Below, in pieces: positions 50,028 through 61,950 of a stretch of 64,000 nt of DNA. The position numbers and the translations under genes are program-made. Each line of letters opens with the position of its first letter. The stretch's first letter is position 1. The notes beneath the pieces are model-generated. The model was not told where the DNA came from, made no database searches, and saw only the letters and a program-made list of their open reading frames with translations. Origin of the DNA: Microbotryum violaceum (taxonomy: Eukaryota); NCBI GenBank assembly GCA_001244265.2, contig CDLV01000013.1, positions 558,001-622,000 of the forward strand. Reading direction: 5' to 3'.

Positions 50028-52302
50028 ATGCTCACCCGCGTCGTTCGACCAACAGCGAATGCGACCCTTCGATCGGTCGTCGTAGCCGGCCAAACGACCA
50101 CTCCGCGAACATCACAACAGCAGCGTGGATTGGCGACCGTCCAGGACCCGCCCAAGCCTGCGCCACGAAAGACGACCTTTGGCGGACTGCGTGATCAGGA
50201 TCGCATCTTTTCGAATGTATACAGGACCAGGGATCATGGGATAAAGGGGGCGATGGTGCGTTGACCTGTGGCTTGTCTGGCTGGATTGACTGAGGAGTGT
50301 GAGCGGAGCGGCGTGAGAGACGACCGGTCGAAGGGGTGGCAAAGGGGTTACACAAGGGTGGTGCAGCTTCGTCCGAGGGATGTTTCTCTTTGTTTGGCTT
50401 CCACCGGGTGTATGACCCTACAGTCGGTGGTGCCGGTGTAGCTCGATGGTCGACTGACTCGCCCGTGACGTCTGCCGATCGGAGCGGGCCACCGTGCGAA
50501 CCTGTCCATCGAAGCGCACTGCAGCCCATCCACACGACTTGTGATTCAACCAACCTGATCTCAATCATCAAAAACTCATTTGGACTGATCGAGTGTGTAT
50601 GGGAAGCTGACCTACCCCCTCATTCTTCCCTTCTGATGCCCTGTCGCGCTTCCCCGCTGGCTGCACCTTCGACCACTCAGAAACGCGGCGATTGGCATCG
50701 AACAAAAGACATCATCCTCAAAGGCGACTCGTGGTTGATTCAGCAAAGTCAGTATTAGCTTCTCGTGTGATCTAGACTCGAAGAAAATGTCTTTGAGCTG
50801 ACACGTATTCGACTTGCATTCCATTCTGCCCACCCGCCTTTACGCGCCAACCAGTCAAGGACTCGGGTCTTCGAGGTCGAGGTGGTGCAGGATTCCCCTC
50901 CGGTCTCAAATGGTCCTTCATGTACGTCAAGACGATGGGATTAGACTGAAATGATGCATCCTCTGACACTCGCCCGATGATCCTTCACAGGAACAAGCCC
51001 AACTGGCAGGCCGACAAACGACCGCGGTATTTGGTCGTCAACGCCGATGAGGGCGAACCTGGGACGTGGTCAGTCTGCACCAATGACTCCTTCAAAATCG
51101 ACCTCGTGCTCACGAGCATTTGACTCTTACAGCAAGGACCGCGAGATCCTTCGCGGTGATCCCCACAAGCTCATCGAAGGCTGCCTTGTCGCCGGTCGCG
51201 CCATGAACGCCAATGCTGGTAGGTTACCCTGAGCAGCATACATACATTGTTCAAAGTCGTGCTGACTCATTCGATTGTTTTGTTAGCCTACATCTACATC
51301 CGTGGCGAGTTCTTCATGGAGTCGGACCACGTCCAGCAGGCGATCGACGAGGCATACAAGGCCGGCTTCATCGGCAAGAACGCGTGCGGCTCCGGCTACG
51401 ACTTTGACGTCTACCTGCATCGAGGCGCCGGCGCCTACATTTGCGGTGAAGAGACGGCTTTGATCGAGTCGATCGAGGGCAAGCAGGGCAAGCCCCGACT
51501 GAAGCCCCCCTTTCCGGCCGACGTCGGCTTGTTCGGTTGCCCGACCACGGTCGCCAACGTCGAGACCGTCGCCGTGGCGCCGACCATCATCCGCCGAGGT
51601 GCGAGCTGGTTCGCCGGTTTCGGTCGCGAGCGCAACCAGGGCACGAAGTTGTTCTGCATCTCGGGCCACGTCAACAAGCCTTGCGTCGTCGAGGAGGAGA
51701 TGTCGATCCCGTTGCAGGAACTCGTCGAGAAGCACTGCGGCGGTGTCCGAGGTGGATGGGACAACTTGCTCGGCATCGTCCCCGGTGGATCGTCGGTTCC
51801 CGTCCTGCCCAAGAATCATTGCGAGGAGGCGTTGATGGACTTTGACTCGTTGCGCGACTTGCAATCCGGTCTCGGTACAGGTGCGGTGATCGTGATGGAC
51901 AAGTCGACCGACATCATCCGTGCGATCGCGCGTTTCGCCAAATTCTACAAGCACGAGTCGTGCGGTCAGTGCACGCCTTGCCGAGAGGGAACGACCTGGT
52001 TGGAGAAGATGATGGATCGTATGGTCGAAGGACGAGCGCACGAGCGCGAAATCGAGATGCTACAAGAGTTGACCAAGCAGATTGAAGGGCACACGATTTG
52101 CGCTTTGGGTGATGCCGCTGCGTGGCCCGTACAGGGTCTGTTGAGGCACTTCCGTCCTGAGGTCGAGGCTCGTATCGCCCAGTACGCCGCTCGTAATGGT
52201 CAGGTCTTGTTCGGTGGTCACTTGCGAAAAGATGTCGATCCTTCGATCGCCGTGCCCAACAACTTGGGCATCTCGTTGCCCTTCCCTTCGACGACCAACT
52301 GA
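50028..52302 (+). CDS. NDUFV1: NADH:ubiquinone oxidoreductase 51-kDa flavoprotein subunit
   Basis: [72 protein letters not shown]. Confidence 0.97.
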
Positions 52303-52482
52303 TCGTCGATTTCAGTTCTTTGTTCTGTTTCTCCTTTTCTTTTCGTTCCCGAGTGCCCCTTCATTTTGAAATATAAACTTGCGCGCGCTCGTAATTGTAC
52401 GACATTTATTTCCCGCTGCCTCGAGAGCTCACATCATTCGTGAACTGCTTGTTAACAACACTACATCTGTACTGAACTGGGT

Positions 52483-53794
52483 CTACTCCTTTTCTGAAGA
52501 CTCCTCGGCTTTGGAGGCCGATAACCGTCGTTTCTTGGTGGCCTCCCCCTCATCGTGTTTGTCCTTCGTCTCAGAGATCGCATCACTCTCCCTCCGCTTT
52601 GAGCCCACACCACTGCTGCTCGGTTCGGCCTTGCTCGTCGTAGGGCAAGTCGTGGATAACGGCGACGCCTTCTTCTTGACGACCACACCAGAAAGTAAGT
52701 TCTTCTTCTTCTTTGGTGGTGGTGGGAGTGGTTTCTTCGTTGTGGTTGTTGGGGACGTCGACGTCAAAATGGGTGACGTCGCCGAGGTGGAAGGTAATGC
52801 CAGACCCGAGATGGAGGCTATCAAAGGCGGTGGTGGAGCTTGAGATCTTGAAGAAACGGCTCTGAACGATGATGAAACAAAAGGTTCCTACAGATCAATG
52901 ACCAACGCTCACGAATCATCGCCGGGAGTAAAATGTGGAAGTAAAAGGTACTGCTTGAAATTCCTCAATTCGTCTTGAATCTCTTGCTGTCGAGCGAGTT
53001 CTTCCTCGTTGTTCTCGTCCGTCATCGAATCGAGAAAATTAATCTCGTCTTCGTCCAAGGCGCGGAATTGATTCTCTGTGGAACCGCAAGGAAACGGTCG
53101 ACAGCAGAGTGGAAAATGGTTCATCGTAAGGAAGCGACTCCAGTCAGTCAAGTCAGTCTGTCCGTCGAGGTCGAGGTCGAGGTCGCAGATTGGCGCGCAG
53201 AGTGACGCACTGAATTTCAAGGCTTCATCAAAGGCTTCTTGTTTCTTGTTCTACATAAATAACCCAGCTGGTTTGAGGTCAGTTGTGGGACCTGGCTGCC
53301 GCGGATAGTGATTACAGAAGGCTTTGGGCTCATGCGACCAAGCGCGAGAGGGGCGTTGTCCACCGCAGCCGAGGAAAGTTGGGGAGTCAAGGGCATAGGT
53401 AGAGTCGCCAGATTATCGTAGCGTGGATCGAGCTTCACCATGGCGATATACCATCCCCGTCGACGCGTGTGCAACCCCTGCGAACCGCGCGTCGTGTTCC
53501 CCCACACATGCTCCTCTTTTCCCGTCTCACAAGCCTATACCCATCCCCCACACGACCCCAAACCCCCACACGCCAGTATAGATCCACTCTCAACGAACAG
53601 CGCACCTTGTGTTCCTGCAACTTTTCGTACAAGCTCCTCCCATCGTACGGTTCACCTTCGATCGGATTCGTCGGAGGTGGTTCCTGCCCCATTCGAGCAT
53701 AAGCTTCTTTCCATTCCGCTTGACGTTTCTCTTGCGCTTCGGTCAGTTGTTTCTCAGAGACGAAACGCGACGCCACTGATGTCGACGGGTCCAT
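52483..53794 (-). CDS. FAM192A/NIP30 (Fyv6-like) nuclear protein
   Basis: SRFVSE...EW..AY.R.GQEPP...YDGRSLYEKLQE...NQFRALDEDEINFLD; K-rich C-terminus. Confidence 0.85.
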
Positions 53795-54063
53795 GATCAG
53801 TTGGGTCGAACGGTGGACGGCGGCAAGCGGGAAAGCGGAGGGGTTTGAGGAAAGGGAAGCGGGTGCGCGAGAGCTTTTAGGGCTTGGCTCAGGACTCGGA
53901 CGCTTTGATGGGGTTAACATATTTGTTGGGTTTGGCATAAGCTTCAAATAATAAGCCAAATAATAGCCCACTTTTTTTTTATCAAAAAAAGAACCTGATC
54001 CGAGCCTACATTTTGTACTGACAACCAAGCAGCTCCCAAGTCGCTTTCACCCAACTCGCCTGC

Positions 54064-55897
54064 TCAGGCCAACATGAATTGCCCCTGTACCCTCTGTGCG
54101 AGCCTCGCGGCCTTATCCGCCGTGAGAGCATCAATATGTGCCGCGCCTTGAACAGGGGAGATCGGTCGACTCGCCGTCGGGGTCTCTCCACCTCGAAGAC
54201 CATGATCGACTTCGAACATGTAGCGAATCAGGTCGAGGCAACGCACGGAGTAGGCGTATTCATTGTCATACCTGGAGGAATGGGAGAGGCGAGAGGGTCA
54301 GGATTTTATTGTTCTCCGAGCGGACAGGCAAAGAGATCTTCTTTGGACTTACCACGCGATGATCTTGAAGGTCGTAGGGTTCAATTGAACGGTCGCGTGC
54401 GAATCGACGATGCAACCTATATAGCACGAACGAAAAGTAACACGCGTGAGCTTAGTCCTCAAAAATTTCTTCTCGACTCTCTCAAGATGACGACTCACTT
54501 TGCTGGTACCCCAAGAAATCCGACGAGACCAATTCGTCATCATTAACGCAAATCACGGTCGTCAAACTTCCCAAACTGGACCCATAACGACCTGCGGCGG
54601 CTTCCCTCAAAGGTTTCAACAATTCCTCTACGCTCGCGACGGGCGTCGTAAGCGAGACCGTCAAATCGACCATCGAAACGTTGTTGACCGGTACACGAAC
54701 CGAAATACCGGTGAACTTGCCCGTCAATTCGGGTAGGACGAGTTGTACCGCCGTAGCGGCTCCGGTCGTGGTCGGGATAATGTTCGAACCGACGCCTCGA
54801 CCGAGACGACGGTTCTTCTTAGAGTAGCCGTCGAGGATGTGTTGCGAAGAGGTCGAGGCGTGCACGGTCGTCATCATGCCGTATTCGATACCGAAACAAC
54901 GTTGCAGAACTTTTGCCAAAGGGGCGAGACAGTTCGTCTGAGGAGGGAGACAACCTTTGCGTTAGAATGTGTGAGGATTGGGATTTTCGGATTGACGAAA
55001 AGGAACTGACGGTGCAACTGGCGTTGGAGACGACTTGCATCGAAGAATCATATTCCCTCCTATTGACACCGACGACGATAGTCTTGGCGTCCCTGAGCAC
55101 ACAAAGCTTTCTCCATCAGCTCAACCGAAAGACTACCGCTTCGAAGTGAAACTCCGACGACTTACTTGCTCGGCGAAGAAATGACGACCTTCTTGGCCCC
55201 CTTACCGGGCTTGCAATGCCTACTCGCCGCCTCAACGGTCGTCATCTTCCCCGTCGCCTCCAAGACGTATTCAACCTCCGCCGAAGCCCAGTCCAATTGT
55301 TCGGGATCACGCTCGGAGAAGAGCTTGATCGTTCGATCGAGGAACTTGAGGTCGCCGGATTCGGTGATGCTGAATTCGTTCGCGTAGGGCGAAGTGCCGT
55401 GCGTCGAATCGTAGCGGATGACGTGGAGGAGGTACGAGAGGTCAGGGGCCGTGTGGTTGATGGCGACTTTTTGGGAGAGGGAGAGAGGGGTCATGATTTT
55501 TTTTGAGATCAGATTAGCGAATGGATGCGAGGGGACGCTCAGAATTTCTCGTAGACGGCCCGGGAACCGGGGTCACGGGAACGGGAAGCGGTTCGCGCTC
55601 TCCAGCTTGCTACGAGAGGGATTCGTGTAGTAGCTTACCAACTTTGACATCATCACGAGCGAGCGAGGCACGGAAAGCAGCTCGACCTGTTTCGGGAACC
55701 CAAGGATCCGAGAGCTGTCAGCGTCAGAGCTAAATGGTCGTTTAGCGCCTTGTACGTGTCCTTCAGCCTTGAGCGCGCGCGCAAGCTCGGAGGCGGCCGT
55801 CAGCAAAAAGGAGAGGGCCGCTAGGCAACGAGGACTGACCGATTCGACCGAAGCCGTTGATTCCTACGAGAGCGACGGGGTCCACGGAGGGAACCAT
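54064..55897 (-). CDS. Divergent glyceraldehyde-3-phosphate dehydrogenase paralogue
   Basis: VGINGFGRIGR, YDSTHG, SNASCTTNCLAP, NIIPTTTGAA, RVPVNNVSMVDL, WYDNE; ~40-aa C-terminal extension. Confidence 0.92.
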
Positions 55898-56590
55898 GAT
55901 TGATGATGGTCAAGTTTTCGGTCAAGGAGTGGAACAGATATTCGCGTGAGCTGTGTTGCAGTGCAGAAGGAAAGGAGAAGAGAGAGCAAGAGACGAAGCG
56001 GCAGCGGCGGCACCTTTCTCCGAATCGCAGAAGTCGGGTCGGAGCCTCTCGGGCAAGTGGACCCTCGAGCCGCTCGACAGAGCACCCAACGCTCCCTGCT
56101 TGCGCCGAAGGCAGGCCTCATAAGAGGTTTTTCTCGACTTGTTTTCCGAAATCGGCCAGACTCGGACATCACGAAGGAGCTACTTTTCGACCTACAAAGC
56201 CCTCAAGAATTTCGTGGTCCCCAAATTAGACCTCGTGTCTCATGACACGAGCCTTGTACGATCGAGCGCGCGACGGGATCGGAAGTCTGTCCGGGGTAAG
56301 CGTAAATGGGCCATCGGACGGACCGGAGGAGTTTCCCGGCTGGCGGCGGAACATGGCACGGAAGGCTTAGGCTGGTTCGTTGCAGCTGGGGGCGACTGGA
56401 AATGTCGAACATATCCCGGATCGATGATTGCTAAGTACGGTATGCATTACAGTGCCTTTATAAACAAGGGCCTCAAGATTGGCGATGCCCCCTTTTTCCC
56501 GGATCTTCGCGTGCCTGCTGCCACATCCATAACGATCAGTCTCACAGCTCGCATATGAAGCCTCCCACCTCCGTATCGTACTCACCCAAA

Positions 56591-57949
56591 CTACTCGGCA
56601 TCATCAGCATTCTTCTTGGCGCACTCTGCCCTAACCCTTTGCAAAAAGTATTTCATATGATCCGGGTCGACGCCGGGCGTGATCCCATGACCTAGATTGA
56701 CGATCCAGCCTCCCTTCATCCCCTCCCTAGCACAGGTCAAGAAGCCATCGGGTCCCCACACGAGTTGTCGTACTTCCCTTTTGATCGATTTCAATCCGGA
56801 ATGAAGGATCGGTGGGTCCATGTTGCCTTGAAGGGCGACTTTGCCTCCCGTCGCTTCCCTTGCTGCTCGAGGGGTGATCCCCCAATCCAAGCCGACGGTC
56901 GAGTACCCGATCGAAGCCAAGGCTTGAAGTTGAGGTGCTGCGTTAGTTCCCTTGGCGAATACGGTCATGGGGGGGCAGGAGATGTTGAGTTCTTTCAGTT
57001 GCGCCTTGACGAGTTTGGGCAGGAGGGCGAGGTAGGGGAGGATGAAGGTCTCGAACCCTACGGGGGTGAGCACATCGGCGTTTGTGTCAAAAACTTGCAG
57101 GAGCTGAGAGCAAAAGGATCCGTGTTACTTTTAGTTGATCAAAGAATGCTCGCTCTGGAGCGAAAAGAGGCCATGTGGCTCCCAGAAGAAGAATTGACCG
57201 ACCTGAGCTCCGGCCCTGACTTGACCGACCAAGTATTCGCCACTGACGGTGGCGATCTGGTGGAGCACGGCCTTTGCGTTCTCCGGGTCCCGGTAGCACC
57301 ACGCCTTTGTCTTTTCCCAGGTCTTGGAACCTCCCCCTTCGACCATGTAGCCGAACAGAGTCCAGGGACCGGCGCAGAAGCCGATGAGGGGGACCTTGCC
57401 GCCGAGGGTCTTGCGGGTCAAGGTGATGGCCGCAAAGACGTAAGAGAGCTCGGCAAAGACATTGGTTGCTCGATTGAGGATACGCTTCTGTGCGTCGTCG
57501 GGGTTGCGCAAGGGTTCGGGGAAGTGGGGACCGACGCCCCCCTTCATCTCGACGACCATGCCCATCGCCTGGGGGACGACGAGGATGTCGCTGAAGATGA
57601 TCGAGGCGTCCAAGAGACCGTCGTAGCGACGAATGGGTTGCATCGTCAATTCGCACGCGAGTTCGGGCGTACGACAGACGGTGAAAAAGGAGTGGTTCTT
57701 GCGCACGGCGAGGAACTCGGGGAGGTAGCGACCGGCTTGACGCATCACCCAAATCGGGGGGTGGTCCAACTCGAGCGGGTTCTCATTCGCGGCGGATCGG
57801 AGCAGGAGGTCGTTGAGGAGAACGGGGAAGTCGGTGGACAGGTTCGGGAAGGTGTAGTCCTTGACCGGGGTCGGGTGATCGACTTGTTCCTTCGGAGCGG
57901 AGGACGATGACGTGGCTTCACCCGTCGAGGGGGTAGGGTGGGTCGTCAT
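56591..57949 (-). CDS. HEM12: Uroporphyrinogen decarboxylase
   Basis: PIWVMRQAGRYLPE, IIFSDILV, IGFCAGPWTLFGYMVEG, QGNMDP, NLGHGI. Confidence 0.96.
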
Positions 57950-58222
57950 TTGGTGCGAATGTACGAGTTCTTTTGGATTGAAGTATGGCGTAAGCGTTGG
58001 TGACCGCAAGTCGCGCTGGACGATGGAGGTGAGAAGGAGAGGAGAGACCGAATTCCGGAAGCAGCAGCGATCTCGTCGTCCGAATTGCGCATTACCAATC
58101 GTGCTGGCCGAGTAAAAGAGTTGTACTCGAGTCTCCAGGCGGGCGGCACGGCTCGACTCTGGCTTGTAGCTCGTTGCGTCTGTGCACATCCCACCCGATA
58201 CTCTTTGTACCATTCCGTCAAT

Positions 58223-59865
58223 AGTGAGTACTCACTGTTCTTCCCTTCGCACCAGACATCACCCGTAACGAACATGCGTCGACGGTCTCTCGCATCGACG
58301 CTGACGACACCCAAACCACCACCACCACCACATCGAGCACCACTTGGAGCCAACCACGCACCGGTCTACGGCCCCCGCGAGTCCGAGCAATGTAGCCGTA
58401 TAGCTGTCTACGTCGGGGAAGCTTTTTACGTCCCCCGTGACTGGACTCTACCCAGTCAACACGACCCTCGCCCGAGCTCCGTCGAGAAGGAGACCACTGA
58501 CGCTGACGACGTGCTCTTTCTCTTCCGCGTGTGTGCGCTGTACAGTGTCGCGAACATCGTTTGATCGCGCTTTGACCATCTTCTCACCCGAAGGAAGGCT
58601 CTACCAAGTCGGTCAGTGTGCACTTTTTGACACTCTACACCCCGGCTCAGGCTCTCCCATCTCTTAACTCGTTCGGTCGTTGCTCCAACCCCCTCTCTCA
58701 GAATATGCCTTCAAGGCCATCACCAGCTCGGGGCACACCACGCTCGCCATCCGAGGCGAGGACGCTACCGTCGTCATCACCCAAAAGAAGGTTCCTGTGC
58801 GTGTACACCCCATCCTCGACGCGCGATCCCCCGATCCAGCTTCCCTCCTGAAGCTGACGACGCGCTGACGCCTTTCCCTCTGCTACACACCCACTACAGG
58901 ACAAGCTCTTGGACCCGGATTCAATCACCCACATCTACAACGTCACACCCAACATTGGCTGCGTATTCACAGGTCGACATGGTCAGTCATCCTACCGAGT
59001 TTGAGCTTGAGCTTCTTCTCCTTCCCCCCACTCTGCCAGTCCAAAAAGCCCATAGACTGACCTCCCTCCATGCTCCCCCCCCCCCCCCCCTCTCTCCAGC
59101 CGATGCACGCAACCAATTGCAACGAGCACTATCCGAAGCAACCCAATTCAGGTACAAGTTTGGCTACGAGATCACGCCGGACTTGCTCGCCAAGCGCATC
59201 GCCAACATCAACCAGGTAGGCAGCAACTCGAACCCTGGTCCTGGTCGGCCATGATGAAACAATACTCATCATGACCACACGAATCAGGTCTATACCCAAC
59301 GAGCTGCGATGCGACCTCTTGGCATTTGTGAGTCCTCGTTTCGAACCAAAGCCTCCCCCGAGAACTTGCCGCGCCAAAGCTGAACCCTGTGTTTCCATGC
59401 GTCTGATCACTCCCCCCCCCACAGCCATGATCATCGTCGGGATCGATCCCGAACTCGGCCCACAAATCTTCAAACTGGACCCGGCAGGTTACTACGTTGG
59501 CTTCCACGCCACCGCTGCAGGGCAAAAACAACAAGAGGCGATCAACCTACTCGAAAAGGGGTACAAGAAGGGGTGGAAACTGGCCAAGTTGGACGATGTC
59601 GTCGAGTTGGCGCTAACTAGTTTGAGTACGGTCCTCGCGACCGATTTGAAAAAGGGCGAGGTCGAGATTGGGGTCTGTGGTGGCGAAGAGAGGAGATTCA
59701 GGAAGGTGAGTGGTCGGTCGGGATCGCTTGGGCGTGGGGCGCTGTGGCTTGGGCGAGGTCGAGTACGGCCGTTGACGTGCGACGCTGATGGTCATCTTTG
59801 TGTCTCTGCAGCTCTCGACGGAACAGATTGATGGATATCTGCAACGACTCGGCGAGAAGGATTAA
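58223..59865 (+). CDS. SCL1: 20S proteasome subunit alpha-1 (PSMA6)
   Basis: [64 protein letters not shown] appears split A|TG by intron 58224-58545. Confidence 0.93.
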
Positions 59866-60160
59866 GCTGAGCATTCGAAGCAGCCGGGCGACTTTTCCGA
59901 CCCGAATCCATGTGTAGTTGTTTAGTGTGTGTTTACGTCTGAGCTCTGTAATGAGCCATAAAAGCATTTTCATCTTTCATTGTTTGAAGAAAGATGGGAG
60001 AATGAAAAAAGCCAAATGCAGATTCAGAAAACCATGGCCCTTTCGGAGGTATCCGGCGTACTTTCACCGCTGCGCCGGTTCCGACTCTGACCGCGAACCC
60101 ACATCGCCCATTCTCCTGTTCACGCCTACACCGCCGTCCCCAACCTCGCCAACGCCGACC

Positions 60161-60881
60161 ATGTCTTTCCGCGCTTCTGTGAGACGGTTAGCCTCCCATG
60201 CTCCCCGACCACCTTCGATCCACTTTCCTGATCGATCGGCCGTACCCGGTGAGTCTCAATCCGGTCGTGTACAAGACCAGACCGGTCCGGACCATTCCTG
60301 CTGCCTGGGCGGAGGAGCATACGTAGAGAGTCGGATGTCAACTTTGGAGAGCAAGCGATACCTGAGCTAAGTGATAGCACGTACTGAAGAAGCACCTTTT
60401 GCATCCTTCTGCTCAGCCCAGCACCTCGCCACTCCTCACCCCTGCGCCCCCTCCGAGATCCTCTCCTCCTCACCCTTCCTCCAATCCCTCTCCAAACGTC
60501 AAACGACCCCTACCGAACCTGATCAATCACCTAAAACACCTCTCTCCGGCCCCGCAGGAGGATCAGCGGATGGAGCTGGATTCATGGGTCCGCCGAAAGT
60601 GGAATACGAGGAAGGGGATTCGGGGATACCGAGTTGGTTGAATAAGGCTCGGTACGCGCCGGGGGAGGAGGAAATTGAAGCCGTTTTGGTAAGTCACAGA
60701 GGTTTTCAATTTTGAGAGCGGGGGGATTATGTTTTGTTTTGTGGGGGTTGGTGTTCGTAACTGACTGATGGGTTCGTTTTTGGGGCGGGAACGATGAAAT
60801 GTTTTACAGAGTGGTGGAGCGACGACAACGACTGAAGTGACCAAGGCTTATAAGCAGAAATGGTGGACCGCGCAAGTCTAG
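60161..60881 (+). CDS. KGD4: Kgd4/Ymr31 (MRPS36) 2-oxoglutarate dehydrogenase adaptor
   Basis: Mitochondrial-presequence-like start, PSIHF, PHPCAP, C-terminal EEIEAVLSGGA motif; three exons. Confidence 0.75.
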
Positions 60882-61950
60882 ACACCACGGGAGGAGGCGT
60901 CATTGTGCGTATATATATTTCGAGGGGGGATGTTGGGGGAAAGAGTAGAGGACGGGGGGTTGTAATGAAGGGAGGATAGTGGTTCATGATCGTCAAGGCT
61001 GGGTTGGCGGTGTTACGGACGGAGAGAGGGGGATCCCCCCCCCCCCCCATGGCCCGAGTCCGAGTGAGGGAGGGGATGTCATCTCTGGGATCTACATTCA
61101 AATTGATGGGGACTAGGATGGAGGTTATGTAGTTTGCCACCCCATCGAGCCAAGTCACCTGTCCGAAACGCAGGGATCGAAAGAGTCTGCTCGATCGGAC
61201 CGAAAAAAAGCTTTCGAAGCGGAATGGTAAGGCTCTCTGAGCTTCTTCGAGGGAGAGGAATTCAGAAGTGACTTTGAAAAGGGCGGGCAAGAACGAAAGA
61301 TTCATGGAGAGCCTGGCCGAAGGAGTGTGTTGAGCAGTTCGAATCCCTGATGTCGACCTGGTTGATGAGCCTGGGATGTTTTCCCGAGGTGGCCAGTCGG
61401 CATCGGAAACGGAGAGGACACGGAAGGGGAAGGGTACAACTAGCAATGCGCGAGGACCTCAAGTTGAGCATATCTCGAACTGTTCCGGACAAGAGTGTGA
61501 GAATGCTCGAAGATTTTGATTCCCGAGGAACTCACCGGAACTCGTTGACTCGAACGAACGCCGCCGACTCGGCAGCGATCGGCAAGACTCGTCAGACCGA
61601 TGGGCGCGCGCGCCTATGCCTTCCGCAGTGGGAAGCTCAGCGACTCTCAGCGAAGGCGGCCGAATCGCGCCGTGCGGCTTCGCAAGCAACCAGGCTCACG
61701 TTCCGTCTCTGCCCGTACGACCGTCGACCTTCGCATCACGTGTGGCGTCCAACCCCATCTCGCGCGTTTCCAACCACGATCCCGGCTTCACTGGACATTG
61801 GGACACTCAGTCAGCCAGCCCCTCGACGTCGACGCCTTCCATCCCACGCCCTCGACGACCAACACTCCGGGTCTGGTCTCGGATCAAGACGACGGGCCTT
61901 TGTGCCCTCCCCTTTTCCCCCCACTTCAAAACTCAGCATAATCAGACAAG

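Noticed and set aside
50335..50343. Rpn4/PACE element GGTGGCAAA
   Set aside because: It lies in the NDUFV1 intron, ~8 kb from the proteasome gene; likely chance.
51283..52041. Long antisense ORFs (also 56765-57910, 42784-43737, 63333-63944)
   Set aside because: They are shadows of codon-biased real genes on the opposite strand, with no independent protein signal.
53940..54066. Cryptic peroxisomal GAPDH by stop read-through
   Set aside because: The stop context is TGA GCA, not TGA CTA, and the extension does not end in a PTS1.
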